A stretch of DNA of 64,000 bases, from positions 864,001-928,000 of the forward strand of contig CAWJGT010000009.1 of assembly GCA_963842525.1 (NCBI GenBank), given 5' to 3'. Position numbers and translations under genes: made by a program. The stretch's first letter is position 1, and each line of letters opens with the position of its first letter. The stretch comes from an uncultured Holophagales bacterium. GTDB lineage: Bacteria > Acidobacteriota > Thermoanaerobaculia > Multivoradales > UBA5704. Below, in pieces: positions 1-9,767 of this stretch. The notes below the pieces were generated by a model. The model was not told where the DNA came from and searched no databases. It saw nothing but the letters and a program-made list of their open reading frames with translations.

Positions 1-56
1 GCGTCTTCGATTTGAGAGCAACAGCCGAACCGCGGAGCCACTTGGGGCCATTGCAC

Positions 57-623
57 ATGCGATCCGAGCCAGAGGTGCAGGAGCAACTGAATCCAGAGGC
101 CGATGCCGAGCTGGTGGCCCGGGTGCTCCGCGACGGCGACGAAAGAGCCTTCCGGACGCTTTATCAACGGCACACTCCGGCGCTCCTCCAATTCGTGCAT
201 CGTCTGTTGGGGAGCGACCAGCGGGAGGCCGAGGACGCCGTGCAGGATACCTGGATCCGGGCGGTCGAGAGATTCGCCGATTTTCGTTGGCAGGCCAGCT
301 TGCGGACCTGGCTCTTCGGCATCGGCCTCAACCGTGTGCGGGAGATTCGCCGCAAGGCAAGGCTCTCGCAGGGGGAAGCCACCCAGGAGATCCGCGATGT
401 CTCGCCTCTTCCTCACCTCGTCGAGCGGATCGATCTGGAGGAGGCGATCCGCCAACTGCCTGAGGGATACCGGGAAGTCCTGCTGCTCCACGACGTCGAA
501 GGATTCACCCACGAAGAGATCGCCGGTCAATTCGGCATCACGAGCGGTACCTCCAAAAGCCAATTGCACTTCGCCCGCCAGGCGCTCTGCCGCCTTCTGA
601 CCGGGAAAGGAGTCCAGACATGA
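57..623 (+). CDS. ECF-type RNA polymerase sigma-70 factor
   Basis: Region 2 motif AEDAVQDTWIRA...LRTWLFGIGLN and region 4 motif LPEGYREVLLLHDVEGFTHEEIA...GTSKSQLHFAR. ATG at 57 chosen, but the ORF is open from 12. Confidence 0.93.
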   Translation: MRSEPEVQEQLNPEADAELVARVLRDGDERAFRTLYQRHTPALLQFVHRLLGSDQREAEDAVQDTWIRAVERFADFRWQASLRTWLFGIGLNRVREIRRKARLSQGEATQEIRDVSPLPHLVERIDLEEAIRQLPEGYREVLLLHDVEGFTHEEIAGQFGITSGTSKSQLHFARQALCRLLTGKGVQT

Positions 624-1154
624 GCCCTGAAAACGACGACCTGCCATCCGAGATTCGTGCCCGTCTTCAATCTCTGCGCCGGGAGCTCGCCCCAAGCGAT
701 CTTCTGGAAGAGCGTGTCGTGCGTGACCTGCGGGCCCGCGGTCTGCTCCGGTCGCGCCGTCCATGGCTTCGTCCCGCCTCCTGGACCGCCCGGCTCGCAG
801 CCGGGCTGCTTCTCTTCGTCTCGGGATGGATGGTCGGCAGCCGATGGATGGCAGAGCGCCCTGGAAGCGAAGGCACACCGTCGCAGCAAGGAGCGGTGTC
901 GGCCGCGGAGCTGGTGGAACAGGCCGGGGACGAGCTCGATTCAGGCGCTGACGATTGTGGCCCGGCAGACACCCTCAGAGGCCAGGGATCAAGGGCGCGA
1001 CGCAGCCCTGACCTCACTTCGCGCGGCAGCGGGAGAGCTCACCCGCATCCAGGAAGACGATGCGCGTCTCGAGCAGGTCATCCTCCTTCTCGATGAGGCA
1101 AGCGGGAAGAGCTCACGTGAGCCTTCTGAGCCAAACCAGGTGTTCTGGTTCTGA
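620..1154 (+). CDS. Putative single-TM anti-sigma factor (one frameshift near 930-940)
   Basis: ATGA overlap with the sigma stop and one TM segment (LAAGLLLFVSGWMVG). The helical C-terminus continues in the 657..1154 frame to ...NQVFWF. Confidence 0.6.
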
Positions 1155-1203
1155 TTAGGGCATAGTATTCAGCACCGGGCCTGGTACCGGAGGAGGACAG
1201 CCG

Positions 1204-1858
1204 ATGAGATCCCCTATCAGAATAACGGTGTCGCTGCTCGCAGCTCTGGCGCTCGCGACGACAGCTCTTTCGCGCGTCGCGGCCGAGAGCACCCGCCGCC
1301 GAGGCGCCCGACCCCTTCTCCTACGACGCACCGGAGGGGTGGAAGTCCGAGCGCATCCCGTTCCCGCTCGGCTTCGCTCCCTCGCTCTCCTACAAAGGGT
1401 TCGAGCAGCTACGCTTCGCTCCGGGGATGTTCGATCCGAAGTCGGATACGTACTTCACGTATTTCTTTTTCTGGTGGCTCGAGGACGAGCCGCACATCTC
1501 GGCCGACGGCCTTGCGCGCGATCTCACTGAATACTACAAGGGTCTGAGCGGCGCCGTGGCGGGCGCCAAGAACGTCACGCTCGACCTGTCGAAGGTGAGG
1601 GCGCGCGTCGAGCGAGCTGCTCTCGAGCAGCCGAAGCTGCCATTCCGGACCGAGCGCTTCGCGGGGGTGATCGAGGCCTACGACCCGTTCATGACCTCTC
1701 AACCCATCACGTTAAACGTCGAGATCTGGGCGTGGCGCTGCGACGAGGCGCGTCGGACGTGCGTGTTCTTTAGCGTCTCGCCGAAGCCGACGACGGACCC
1801 CGTCTGGGCGCCCATGCGGACCGCGCTCGCTTCGTTTCGCTGCGCGCGACCGCAGTAG
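1204..1858 (+). CDS. Secreted hypothetical protein (frameshift near 1290-1300)
   Basis: GGAGGA RBS and a signal peptide in the 1204 frame. The body WKSERIPFPLGFAPSLSYKGFEQLRFAPGMFDP... is in the 1427..1858 frame. Confidence 0.7.
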
Positions 1859-1911
1859 ACGGAGGCGTGGCGCCGTCGGCCCCAGGCGGCGCTCACATCG
1901 TCTCTACCTCG

Positions 1912-2464
1912 TCATTGCTTCCCGGAGCCGGCCGCCGCGATCACCCGGCGGCTCTGGGCTTCCAGGGCCTGCTGGGCCCGCAGCGACAGGTCGCTGTAGC
2001 TGCGGCGCGCCCGCACGCGCAGCCCGGAATTGCGCACCTCGAGCCGGATGTCGTGCTTCTTGCCGTCGGCATTCCAGGTCGGCGAGAAGCCGAGCCAGTA
2101 GTAGGCCTGGGTGTCGTCCAGGGTCCGTTCGAGAGCCGCCTCCCGCAGGCCGTTCAGCGAGGCCTTGCCGCCGGTCTCTCTCGCCAGAACCTCGAAGCCG
2201 TAATGGACCCGCCGCTCCCAGCCCGACGTGACGAACCCGTAGCTAGCATTGGAGTCCTCCGGCGCGAGCCCGACCTTGGACGCATCCAGAGGCACCGCCG
2301 AGGCCTGGAGGCCCGACACGTCCACGGGATAGAGCGAATAGCCGAGCAGTCGACTCGCCGACCATGCCCTCGACGCTCGCGCCGGCCGGAGCCGGCTCCT
2401 GCGCGGAGAGCGCCATCGAGCCGGCCAGGAGCAGCAGCGGGATCAGAGTGCCGGGAACCTTCAT
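1912..2464 (-). pseudogene. Truncated or frameshifted VWA-associated exported protein (signal peptide plus C-terminal part only)
   Basis: AGGAGG RBS and signal peptide MKVPGTLIPLLLLAGSMALSAQ, then a frame change. The rest, LYPVDV...LARETGGKA...YYWLGFSP...HDIRLEV...LRVRARRSY, resembles the C-terminus of acidobacterial VWFA-related proteins. Confidence 0.55.
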
Positions 2465-2943
2465 ATAGATCCTCCTGTCAGGAATCTCTGCAACGCGAGT
2501 CAGCCTTCGCAAGACGGATGCCGGCCGGAAAAGCCCATTCTGACAGGATTTTGGCGGCCCGGGCGTGCTCGCCGGAGGTCGGGAGACTGCGGGAGCGTCC
2601 TCCGGCGAGGACGGGATGCCCCTTCAAAAGACCTAAAACGAATCGCGAATCTTGCATAACGTGGCAAAGTTCTTGTCGCGAACGGAGTTGGGGCCCGGAT
2701 TGCTGCCTGAATGTCAACGAAGAGCTTGATGGGAGGCTTCCATTGGCAATTGAGCACATCTGCGATCAGGACTCCCTCGGCGTGCTGAAGGTGGCCGGCG
2801 CCCCGATCCATTGCGCTTGCCTCAAATTACCTGTAGAGTCTGGAAAATCATCTGGCCCCGCCTTCAACGCGCGCCTGCTTTCGCGTAATGCTCAACTTAA
2901 TGCAACCTGGATAGCCGGCACCTGCGAAAGGAGACAACAAGGC

Positions 2944-5310
2944 TTGAACGAGGTCGAAAAGCCTTCTGGTGAAGCACCGGCGCCGGCCGCAGCTTCTGAG
3001 CGGCAGCCCGCGGCCAGCCGCCGCCGGCCGCGGCTGGGAAGCCTGGCGTGGCAGGGAGTGGTCGGTCTCCTGGCTCTGTTCTCCCTGGTCTTCATGGGCA
3101 TTGCGCTGGTCATGAACACCTATGGCCGGCAGCAGGTCGCGGAGGAATCCGCCGGCAAGCTGGAGGAGGCCGGCAGGCGGAGAGTGGAGGAGGTGCGGCG
3201 ATGGCTTGGCGGCGAGAGACCCCTCGACTCGTCCAACCTGCAGCGTCTCTCCCAGGCGTGGCAGGGCGAGGGCAGCGGCTACGCCTTCCTGCTCGATCGC
3301 AATCAACGGTTCCTCTCCTTCCCCCGGCCCGAGCTGGTCAAGAAGGCCGGTGCGGCGCTCACCGCCGGCGAGGTGGCGGCTCGCCATCCCGGATTCCGGC
3401 CGATCGTGAACGCGCTCGGGCGGCTGCAGGCGGGCGGCGGAGCGGCAGCGCCGGTCCGCGTCCCGGTCCGAGTCGAGCTGCCGGCCGATCTGCTCAACGG
3501 GGGGCCTTCCCTGGCCCTCGTTTTCCCGGTGCCCGGGACCGACTGGAAGCTGGTCCAGGTCTCTCCCAAGGGTGAGCTGGAGCAGGCCGCCGGCCGCATC
3601 TCCCGCTCGCTGCTGCTGCTGATCTCCGGCATCCTGCTCGCCGTGCTGCTGCCCTCCTATCTGTTCCTCTCCCGCCGCTGGATCATGCCGGTCACCACCC
3701 TGGCCGAGGCCGCCACCCTGGTGCGCGATGGCGAGCTCGACGTGCGGGTCAGCATGCCGGGGCGGGACGAGATCGCGGTGCTGGCGGATTCGTTCAACCA
3801 GATGGTCGACCAACTGGCGGCCAACACGGCCGGCCTGAAGCAGGCCAACGTCGAGCTCGGGCGCTCGCTGGGCCTCACCGACACCATCATGGGGGCGGTG
3901 CGTGAGGGCCTGTTCCTGCTCACCCCCGAGCTCGCGATCGAGGCCAAATACTCGGCCGCGGCGCGGCGGATCTTCGGCCAGGAGGATCTGGAGGGGGCTG
4001 ATTTCCTCGACCTGATCCGCCGTATCACCCCCGAGCGCACCCACGAGCTCACCGCCCGCTTCCTGCGCCTGCTGTTCAACCCGGCCAAGACCGACAGTGT
4101 GATCGCCAAGATCAACCCCTTGAAGGAGGTCGAGGCCTCGTTCCCCAGCCGCAGCGGGCAGTTGGAGCAGAAGTTCCTGACCTTCACCTTCGAGCGCATC
4201 CGCGAGGGCGGCGAGATCCGCCACGCGATGGTGACGGTGGCCGACATCACCCCCCGGGTGCTGCTGGCGCAGCAGCTCAGGGAGTCGCAGCAGCGCATGG
4301 AGCGCCAGGCCGAGCTGCTGTTGTCGGTGATGCACGTCGAGCCCCAGATGCTGCGCGAGTTCATCGAGGACGCCCACACCGAGCTCGAGAGCATCAACGC
4401 GCTGCTGCGCGAGGGCCGGTCGCCGGTGCTCTCGATCCCCGATCGCAACACCTTCTACCGCTACCTGGCGGAGGACATCTTCAAGAGCGTCCACACCATC
4501 AAGGGCACGGCGGCGATGCTGCGCATCGACTACTTCGCCGCCGCCGCCGACCGCTTCGAGGAGAAGCTGGCCGCCCTCCGGGGCCGGACCATCCTGGACG
4601 GCAGCGACTTCGTCCCGATCGTGCTCGAGCTGTCGGAGATGGTCGACAGCCTGGCCGAGATCCGCGGCGTGCTGGCCCGATTCGCCGAGACCCAGCGCAG
4701 CCTCAAGGCAGCCTCCGGCGCCAGCGACACCGAGGTGCTCTCGGCGCTGGTGACCCGCTTCGTCGACGACCTGGCGGAGAAGTCGGGAAAGAAGGTCGTG
4801 GTGGCGTTCCGCGCTCCCGGCGACCTGGCGATCCCGTTCAAGTACAAGAGCGCGCTCCGCAACGTCATGGCCCAACTGGTTCGCAACTCGATCGTCCACG
4901 GCATCGAGACCCCGGCCGAGCGGCAGGTGGCGGGCAAGCCGGAGGAGGGGCACATCCTGGTGGCGGCCCGGCAGAACAACGGCAACCTCGAGTTCCTGTT
5001 CAAGGACGACGGCCGGGGCATCGACCACAAGCAGGTGGTCGAGCGGGTTAAGGAACTGGCCAAGAGCGAGCCCTCGATCCTCGAGCCGCTGATCGACCGC
5101 GAGCAGAATCGGTGGAAACCGGACGCGCTCGACCAGATGATCTTCCATCCCGGCTTCTCCACCGCCGACCAGGCGACCGAAGACGCCGGGCGCGGCGTCG
5201 GCATGAGCGCCGTGCGCGATGCGCTGGCCAGGCTGGGTGGGCGAATCGCGCTACGGCAGAAGAGGGGCCAGTTCTGCGAGTTTCACATCGTGCTGCCAAA
5301 TGGGGGTTAG
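2944..5310 (+). CDS. Membrane-bound CheA-like histidine kinase (TM-Cache-like-TM-HAMP-PAS-like-Hpt-HATPase, no CheW domain)
   Basis: Two TMs, HAMP (RDEIAVLADSFNQM), Hpt (IFKSVHTIKG) and CheA-type ATPase boxes (LVRNSIVHGIE, DDGRGID, IFHPGFSTA, GRGVGM). TTG at 2944 follows AAGGAG. Confidence 0.88.
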   Translation: MNEVEKPSGEAPAPAAASERQPAASRRRPRLGSLAWQGVVGLLALFSLVFMGIALVMNTYGRQQVAEESAGKLEEAGRRRVEEVRRWLGGERPLDSSNLQRLSQAWQGEGSGYAFLLDRNQRFLSFPRPELVKKAGAALTAGEVAARHPGFRPIVNALGRLQAGGGAAAPVRVPVRVELPADLLNGGPSLALVFPVPGTDWKLVQVSPKGELEQAAGRISRSLLLLISGILLAVLLPSYLFLSRRWIMPVTTLAEAATLVRDGELDVRVSMPGRDEIAVLADSFNQMVDQLAANTAGLKQANVELGRSLGLTDTIMGAVREGLFLLTPELAIEAKYSAAARRIFGQEDLEGADFLDLIRRITPERTHELTARFLRLLFNPAKTDSVIAKINPLKEVEASFPSRSGQLEQKFLTFTFERIREGGEIRHAMVTVADITPRVLLAQQLRESQQRMERQAELLLSVMHVEPQMLREFIEDAHTELESINALLREGRSPVLSIPDRNTFYRYLAEDIFKSVHTIKGTAAMLRIDYFAAAADRFEEKLAALRGRTILDGSDFVPIVLELSEMVDSLAEIRGVLARFAETQRSLKAASGASDTEVLSALVTRFVDDLAEKSGKKVVVAFRAPGDLAIPFKYKSALRNVMAQLVRNSIVHGIETPAERQVAGKPEEGHILVAARQNNGNLEFLFKDDGRGIDHKQVVERVKELAKSEPSILEPLIDREQNRWKPDALDQMIFHPGFSTADQATEDAGRGVGMSAVRDALARLGGRIALRQKRGQFCEFHIVLPNGG

Positions 5311-5314
5311 AACC

Positions 5315-5692
5315 GTGCTGGGGACCAGCGGCAAATTGTTGATCGTCGACGATTCGAGCACCATCCGGCGGAGCATCGAGCGGCACATCTTCTCGGACCG
5401 GGTGACCGAGATCTACCAGGCCGCCAACGGCCGCGAGGCGATGGAGCTGTTCGAGCGCTACCGCCCGGAGTTCGTCACCATGGACCTGACCATGCCCGAG
5501 ATGGACGGCCTGACCTGCATCTCCAAGATGATGGCCCTGAAGCCGGACACCCGCCTGATGGTGATCTCGGCCCTGGGCGACGCCGAGACCGCCATCGAGG
5601 CGGTGGAACGGGGCGCCAACGAGTACGTGGTCAAGCCGTTCTCGGCCGAGGATCTCAACCTGGCGCTCGCCAACCTGGTCGCCGAGGCCTGA
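5315..5692 (+). CDS. CheY-like single-domain response regulator
   Basis: LLIVDDS, MDLTMPEMDG and YVVKPF receiver motifs. Confidence 0.92.
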   Translation: MLGTSGKLLIVDDSSTIRRSIERHIFSDRVTEIYQAANGREAMELFERYRPEFVTMDLTMPEMDGLTCISKMMALKPDTRLMVISALGDAETAIEAVERGANEYVVKPFSAEDLNLALANLVAEA

Positions 5693-5707
5693 GGTCCTGG
5701 GAGAGCG

Positions 5708-6195
5708 ATGAGAGACGAGGAGATCAAGGTCTTCATCGACGGCGTGGTGCGCTATTTCGAACGGGTCACCGGCGAGCCGGCGGAGGTCGATCCACCGTAC
5801 CTCAAGGGCGAGGACTCGGTCACCCTGGACTTCACCGGAGTGATCGGCATCTCCGGGCGCCACCGCGGCGCGGTGTACTTTACCTCCGGCGCCGAGCAAC
5901 TGACCGAGCTGCTGCGCCGCTTCGGCTTCGGCGAGACCGAGGTCGGCTTCTCCGACCACGAGGACCTGGTGGGCGAGGTCGCCAACACCATCGCCGGCAA
6001 CGCCCGCCAGTACTTCGGCAGCGAGTTCCTGATCTCGGTTCCGATCGTGCTCTTCGGGCGGCCGGACAAAATCTCTTTTCCCCGCCATCTGAAGAACTTC
6101 GTCATCCCGATCACCTGGCGCAGCCACCGGAGCTACCTCATCATCTGCCTCGAGCGGGCCTGCGAGCCGAGCGCGCCGTCGACCTCCAACCCTGA
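5708..6195 (+). CDS. cheX: CheX-like phosphatase (stop probably lost to an indel)
   Basis: DFTGVIGISG and DLVGEVANTIAGNAR (ExxN) motifs. The in-frame ORF runs on to 7186, but an off-frame TGA at 6193-6195 lies just before the next RBS. Confidence 0.8.
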
Positions 6196-6209
6196 AGCCG
6201 GGAGGTGTC

Positions 6210-6947
6210 ATGGACACGATGCCGCACAACTACAACCTGTTCCTCATCGCCCTCTCCTACGTGATCTCGGTCCTGGGCTCCTTCACCGCGCTCAAGCTCT
6301 GCCGCCAGCACGCCGGGGCCCGCGGCGCCGAGAAGTGGCGCTCGCTCCTGGCCGGGGCCCTGGCGATGGGGGCGGGGGCGATCTGGTCGATGCACTTCAT
6401 CGGCATGCTGGCCTTCGACATGGGCATGCCGGTGGCCTACGACGTGCCGATCACCCTGGCCTCTCTGCTGGTGGCGGTGGTCGTCACCGGCCTCGGGATC
6501 TACGTTGTGGGCAAGGGGCCGACCAGCCTGTGGCGGCTGGTCGGCGGGGGCACGGCCATGGGGGTGGGGGTGGCCGCCATGCACTACACCGGCATGGCCG
6601 CGATGCGGATGCAGGCCCAACTGTCCTACGACCTGGTGATCGTGGCGATCTCGCTGGGGATCGCGGTGGTGGCGTCGATCGCCGCCCTTTGGCTGGTCTT
6701 CAACACCACCCGCCTGTGGCAGATCGTCGCCAGCGCCCTGGTGATGGGGCTGGCGGTGTGCGGCATGCACTACACCGGCATGAAGGCGGCGATCATGCGG
6801 CACGACCCGGCGCTGCCGGCCCAGGTGGTAGGGCTCTCGCCCGAGATCCTGGCCTACGTGATCTTCCTGGTGACCCTGGTGATCCTGTCGCTGGCGTCGC
6901 TGTTGGGCCGCGACCGGCAGGCGATCGCGATCCGGCGTACGGCCTAG
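6210..6947 (+). CDS. Stand-alone MHYT-domain integral membrane sensor
   Basis: IWSMHFIGMLAF, AMHYTGM and GMHYTGM repeats, about 7 TM segments, GGAGG RBS. Confidence 0.92.
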   Translation: MDTMPHNYNLFLIALSYVISVLGSFTALKLCRQHAGARGAEKWRSLLAGALAMGAGAIWSMHFIGMLAFDMGMPVAYDVPITLASLLVAVVVTGLGIYVVGKGPTSLWRLVGGGTAMGVGVAAMHYTGMAAMRMQAQLSYDLVIVAISLGIAVVASIAALWLVFNTTRLWQIVASALVMGLAVCGMHYTGMKAAIMRHDPALPAQVVGLSPEILAYVIFLVTLVILSLASLLGRDRQAIAIRRTA

Positions 6948-7088
6948 CTAGGCCGGCGGCGTCCTGTTCGAACCCGGTTCCGTCCTCTGTTCGGCTGGCA
7001 CTTCTGCGGACGCACCTCCCGGGACCCCCTGTCCGCGGTCAAGGCGAGCGGCTGACGGCGGCAGGAAACTGTGCTACAAAAGGCGGCG

Positions 7089-8231
7089 ATGCGATTCCTG
7101 GCTCGAACCCTCCCGCTCGTCCTCGCCTTCGCCTGCCCGTCGTGGGCTCAGCAGCCCTCGCCTCCGCCCGCGAACCCTCCCGCTGACGAGCACCAACACC
7201 ATCACCATGAGAGCCCGGCCCCTGCGGCCGGCGAGGAAGGCGTTCCCCGGGAGCTGGAGATGGAAGGCGGGACCGAGCGGCCGCCCGACTCTCCCGAGGT
7301 GGTCGAGCTCAAAGGCAGGTTCGCCGTCGACTACATGCTCAAGGCGGGGCAGCGGCGCCAGGTCTACGAGAGCTATCTGAGCACCCTCGGGACGCAGGGC
7401 ATCCTGGACGTCCTGGAGGAACGGAACACCCTCTGCCACAACGAGGCGCACGAGCTGGGGCGGGCCGTCTACGCCCATTTCAAGGACGTCGGCCGGGCCT
7501 TGAGCGAGTGCGGCTCGCGCTGCACCTCGGCCTGCCTGCACGGCGTGCTCAAAGAGGCGTACGGCAACAGCACCGTCGACCAGCTTCGCCCGCAACTGGC
7601 GTCGGTCTGCACCAAGGGCGCCATGGCCGGCATCAAGCGGCCCGGCAACTGCGCCCACGGTATGGGCCACGCGCTGATGATGGTCGCCAACAACGACGTC
7701 GAGAAGTCGATCGACGGCTGCTCCGGTTTCGGCAGCCCGGCCATGGCGTACTACTGCGTCACGGGTGTCTACATGGAGCTGTTCGACCAGGCCGCGCAGT
7801 GGAAGGGCAAGGGCACCTTCTATCCATGCGACACCTACACCCGGTTTCCGGCCGCCTGCTACCGCTACCAATCACCCCGGATGCTCATCAAGCTCGGGGG
7901 GGACCGCAACAAGCTGGCAGAGCTGTGCCGTTCGCTCCCTGCCGACCAGCGCAGCGGGTGCTTCCACGGTGCCGGCTTCGCGGCCCTGTTGCCCGTCACG
8001 AAGCAGCCCGAGCTGATCGCCACCGCCTGCCCGGATCAACCGGCCGAGGACCAGACGCTGTGCCTCGAAGGGCTGGTCGAGAGCTTCGCCGCCTACGAGC
8101 CCACCAAGGCGGCGGCGAGCTGCGCTCACCTCCAGGGCAAGGCGGCCGAGGTCTGCCAGGCCGCGGCCCGCGAAGGTACCTACCGGTTGACCAAGCCGTC
8201 GCTGCCGCTTTATCTGGACAAGGATCGATGA
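7089..8231 (+). CDS. Secreted Cys/His-rich repeat protein
   Basis: Signal peptide, HQHHHH linker, repeated CHNEAHELG / CLHGV / CAHGMGH / CFHGAG motifs, and 16 Cys in the mature part. Confidence 0.75.
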   Translation: MRFLARTLPLVLAFACPSWAQQPSPPPANPPADEHQHHHHESPAPAAGEEGVPRELEMEGGTERPPDSPEVVELKGRFAVDYMLKAGQRRQVYESYLSTLGTQGILDVLEERNTLCHNEAHELGRAVYAHFKDVGRALSECGSRCTSACLHGVLKEAYGNSTVDQLRPQLASVCTKGAMAGIKRPGNCAHGMGHALMMVANNDVEKSIDGCSGFGSPAMAYYCVTGVYMELFDQAAQWKGKGTFYPCDTYTRFPAACYRYQSPRMLIKLGGDRNKLAELCRSLPADQRSGCFHGAGFAALLPVTKQPELIATACPDQPAEDQTLCLEGLVESFAAYEPTKAAASCAHLQGKAAEVCQAAAREGTYRLTKPSLPLYLDKDR

Positions 8232-8243
8232 GCTTGAACGTCC

Positions 8244-8726
8244 TCAGATCCAGCGGCGGACCTGCGCCCTGTACTGCCGGTATTCGTCGCCGAACTTCCC
8301 TTCGAGGTACCGTTCCTCCCTGGCGATGACCATTCGTCCGACCAGCAGCACGACGACCGGGCTCAGCAGCAGCGCCCAGAGCACGTCGAAGAGCAGGGCG
8401 ATGCCCAGGTAGACCAGCAGCATCGCCAGATACATGGGGTTGCGGGTCCATCGATACGGCCCCGACAGGACGAGAGAGCTCGTCGGCCGCATCGGCAACG
8501 GGCTCGTCCGGGCCCGCAGGAAGAGCCACAGGCTCCAGAAAAGCAGCCCGAATCCAGGGAGGAGGAGGACTGCCGCGATCAGTCGAGAAGGTGTGCGAGG
8601 CAGCGGAGGCAAGGGAACGAGGCGGTCCAGCAGGAACCCCAGCAGGAACAGGGCGACATAGAGGAATGGGGGAGGGAAGCGAATCCCGGAGCTGTGCGGA
8701 TGCCCGGTCGTGGAGGGGGCGGCCAT
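8244..8726 (-). CDS. Isoprenylcysteine carboxylmethyltransferase (ICMT/PEMT) family membrane protein
   Basis: LVLSGPYRWTRNPMY and EERYLEGKFGDEYRQYRAQVRRW motifs. Confidence 0.92.
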   Translation of the reverse strand: MAAPSTTGHPHSSGIRFPPPFLYVALFLLGFLLDRLVPLPPLPRTPSRLIAAVLLLPGFGLLFWSLWLFLRARTSPLPMRPTSSLVLSGPYRWTRNPMYLAMLLVYLGIALLFDVLWALLLSPVVVLLVGRMVIAREERYLEGKFGDEYRQYRAQVRRWI

Positions 8727-8817
8727 GGCAGTGTGATCCTACACTGCATGAGGTATGATACCGCAAAGCCGCATCGCGGCAACGACGCCAAACTCCGCCA
8801 GACTCAGGAGGAGAGGA

Positions 8818-9747
8818 ATGAGCCGATCCACGCATCGCCTCGCCCTGTTCACCGGCACCGTAATGGCCTTGACGACGTTCGGTCCTCCGGCCGTCTCGGA
8901 GGCTGCCGTCGTCAAAGACCATCCGCTGGTCCAACCCTATTCCGGCTCGACGCTGACGCGCCGCGAGGATGAAGGTTTCAGTGAATACAAAGTGGTCGTC
9001 GGCCTCGATCAGAAGGGCAAGACCGATGACGAGGTCATGAAGACGACCAAGGCCTCCGGCGAGCTGACGCGCCTCTTCTACGAGAATCCCAAGGAGAGGT
9101 CTCCGCTCGAGGTCTTCAACAACTACAAGGAGGCGCTCGAGCGCGCCGGTTTCCAGATCCTCTTCGAGTGTGCGGACACGGGATGCGGGCCGAGCTGGGC
9201 ATCGAGCCGCTGGGGTCGTGTCAACGGCATGAGATACGTATCGAGCTCGATGTGGTATCTCGCGGCGCGGCGGCAACGTGAGGAAACCTATGTCGCGCTG
9301 TCGGTCATGAAATTGCGCCACCAGATCGACGTCCTCGAGGGAAAGCCGATGGAACGGGGTCTGGTGACCGTCACGGCCGAGGCGCTGCAGAAGGGATTGA
9401 TGGCCGACGGGAGAGCCGTCCTTGACGGCGTCCTGTTCGATCATGACAAGGCGACGATCAAGGCCGAATCGAAACCGGCGCTCGACGTCATCGGCAAGTA
9501 CCTGAAGGACAACCCCGGCCTCAAGGTCTTCATCGTCGGACATACCGATACCGCGGGCGCCCTCGATTACAATCTGAGCCTCTCGCGCCAACGCGCGCAA
9601 GCCGTGGTGGACGCCCTCGTCAAGAGCTATGGAATTCCCGCCGAGCGGCTGGCGGCTCATGGCGTCGGCCCGCTGTCGCCCGCCAGATCGAACCGGTCCG
9701 ACCCAGGCAGGGCCGAAAACCGGCGCGTCGAGATGGTCGAGCGATAG
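8818..9747 (+). CDS. OmpA-family protein with N-terminal DUF4892-like domain
   Basis: Signal peptide and DHPLVQPYSGS N-terminus. OmpA C-terminal motifs FDHDKA, IVGHTD, NLSLSRQRA and NRRVE. Confidence 0.9.
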   Translation: MSRSTHRLALFTGTVMALTTFGPPAVSEAAVVKDHPLVQPYSGSTLTRREDEGFSEYKVVVGLDQKGKTDDEVMKTTKASGELTRLFYENPKERSPLEVFNNYKEALERAGFQILFECADTGCGPSWASSRWGRVNGMRYVSSSMWYLAARRQREETYVALSVMKLRHQIDVLEGKPMERGLVTVTAEALQKGLMADGRAVLDGVLFDHDKATIKAESKPALDVIGKYLKDNPGLKVFIVGHTDTAGALDYNLSLSRQRAQAVVDALVKSYGIPAERLAAHGVGPLSPARSNRSDPGRAENRRVEMVER

Positions 9748-9767
9748 CCGCGCGAGTCAGAAGCCCG

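Noticed and set aside
2662-2676. Sigma-54 promoter (TGGCAAAGTTCTTGT)
   Set aside because: It has GT rather than the conserved GC at -12, so it is not supportable.
1867-2943. 359-aa N-terminal extension of the CheA-like kinase
   Set aside because: It is antisense to the VWA-like gene and crosses an intergenic region. A good RBS with TTG lies at 2944.
5708-7186. 492-aa CheX fusion protein
   Set aside because: The extension is an off-frame read through the MHYT gene, most likely from one indel.
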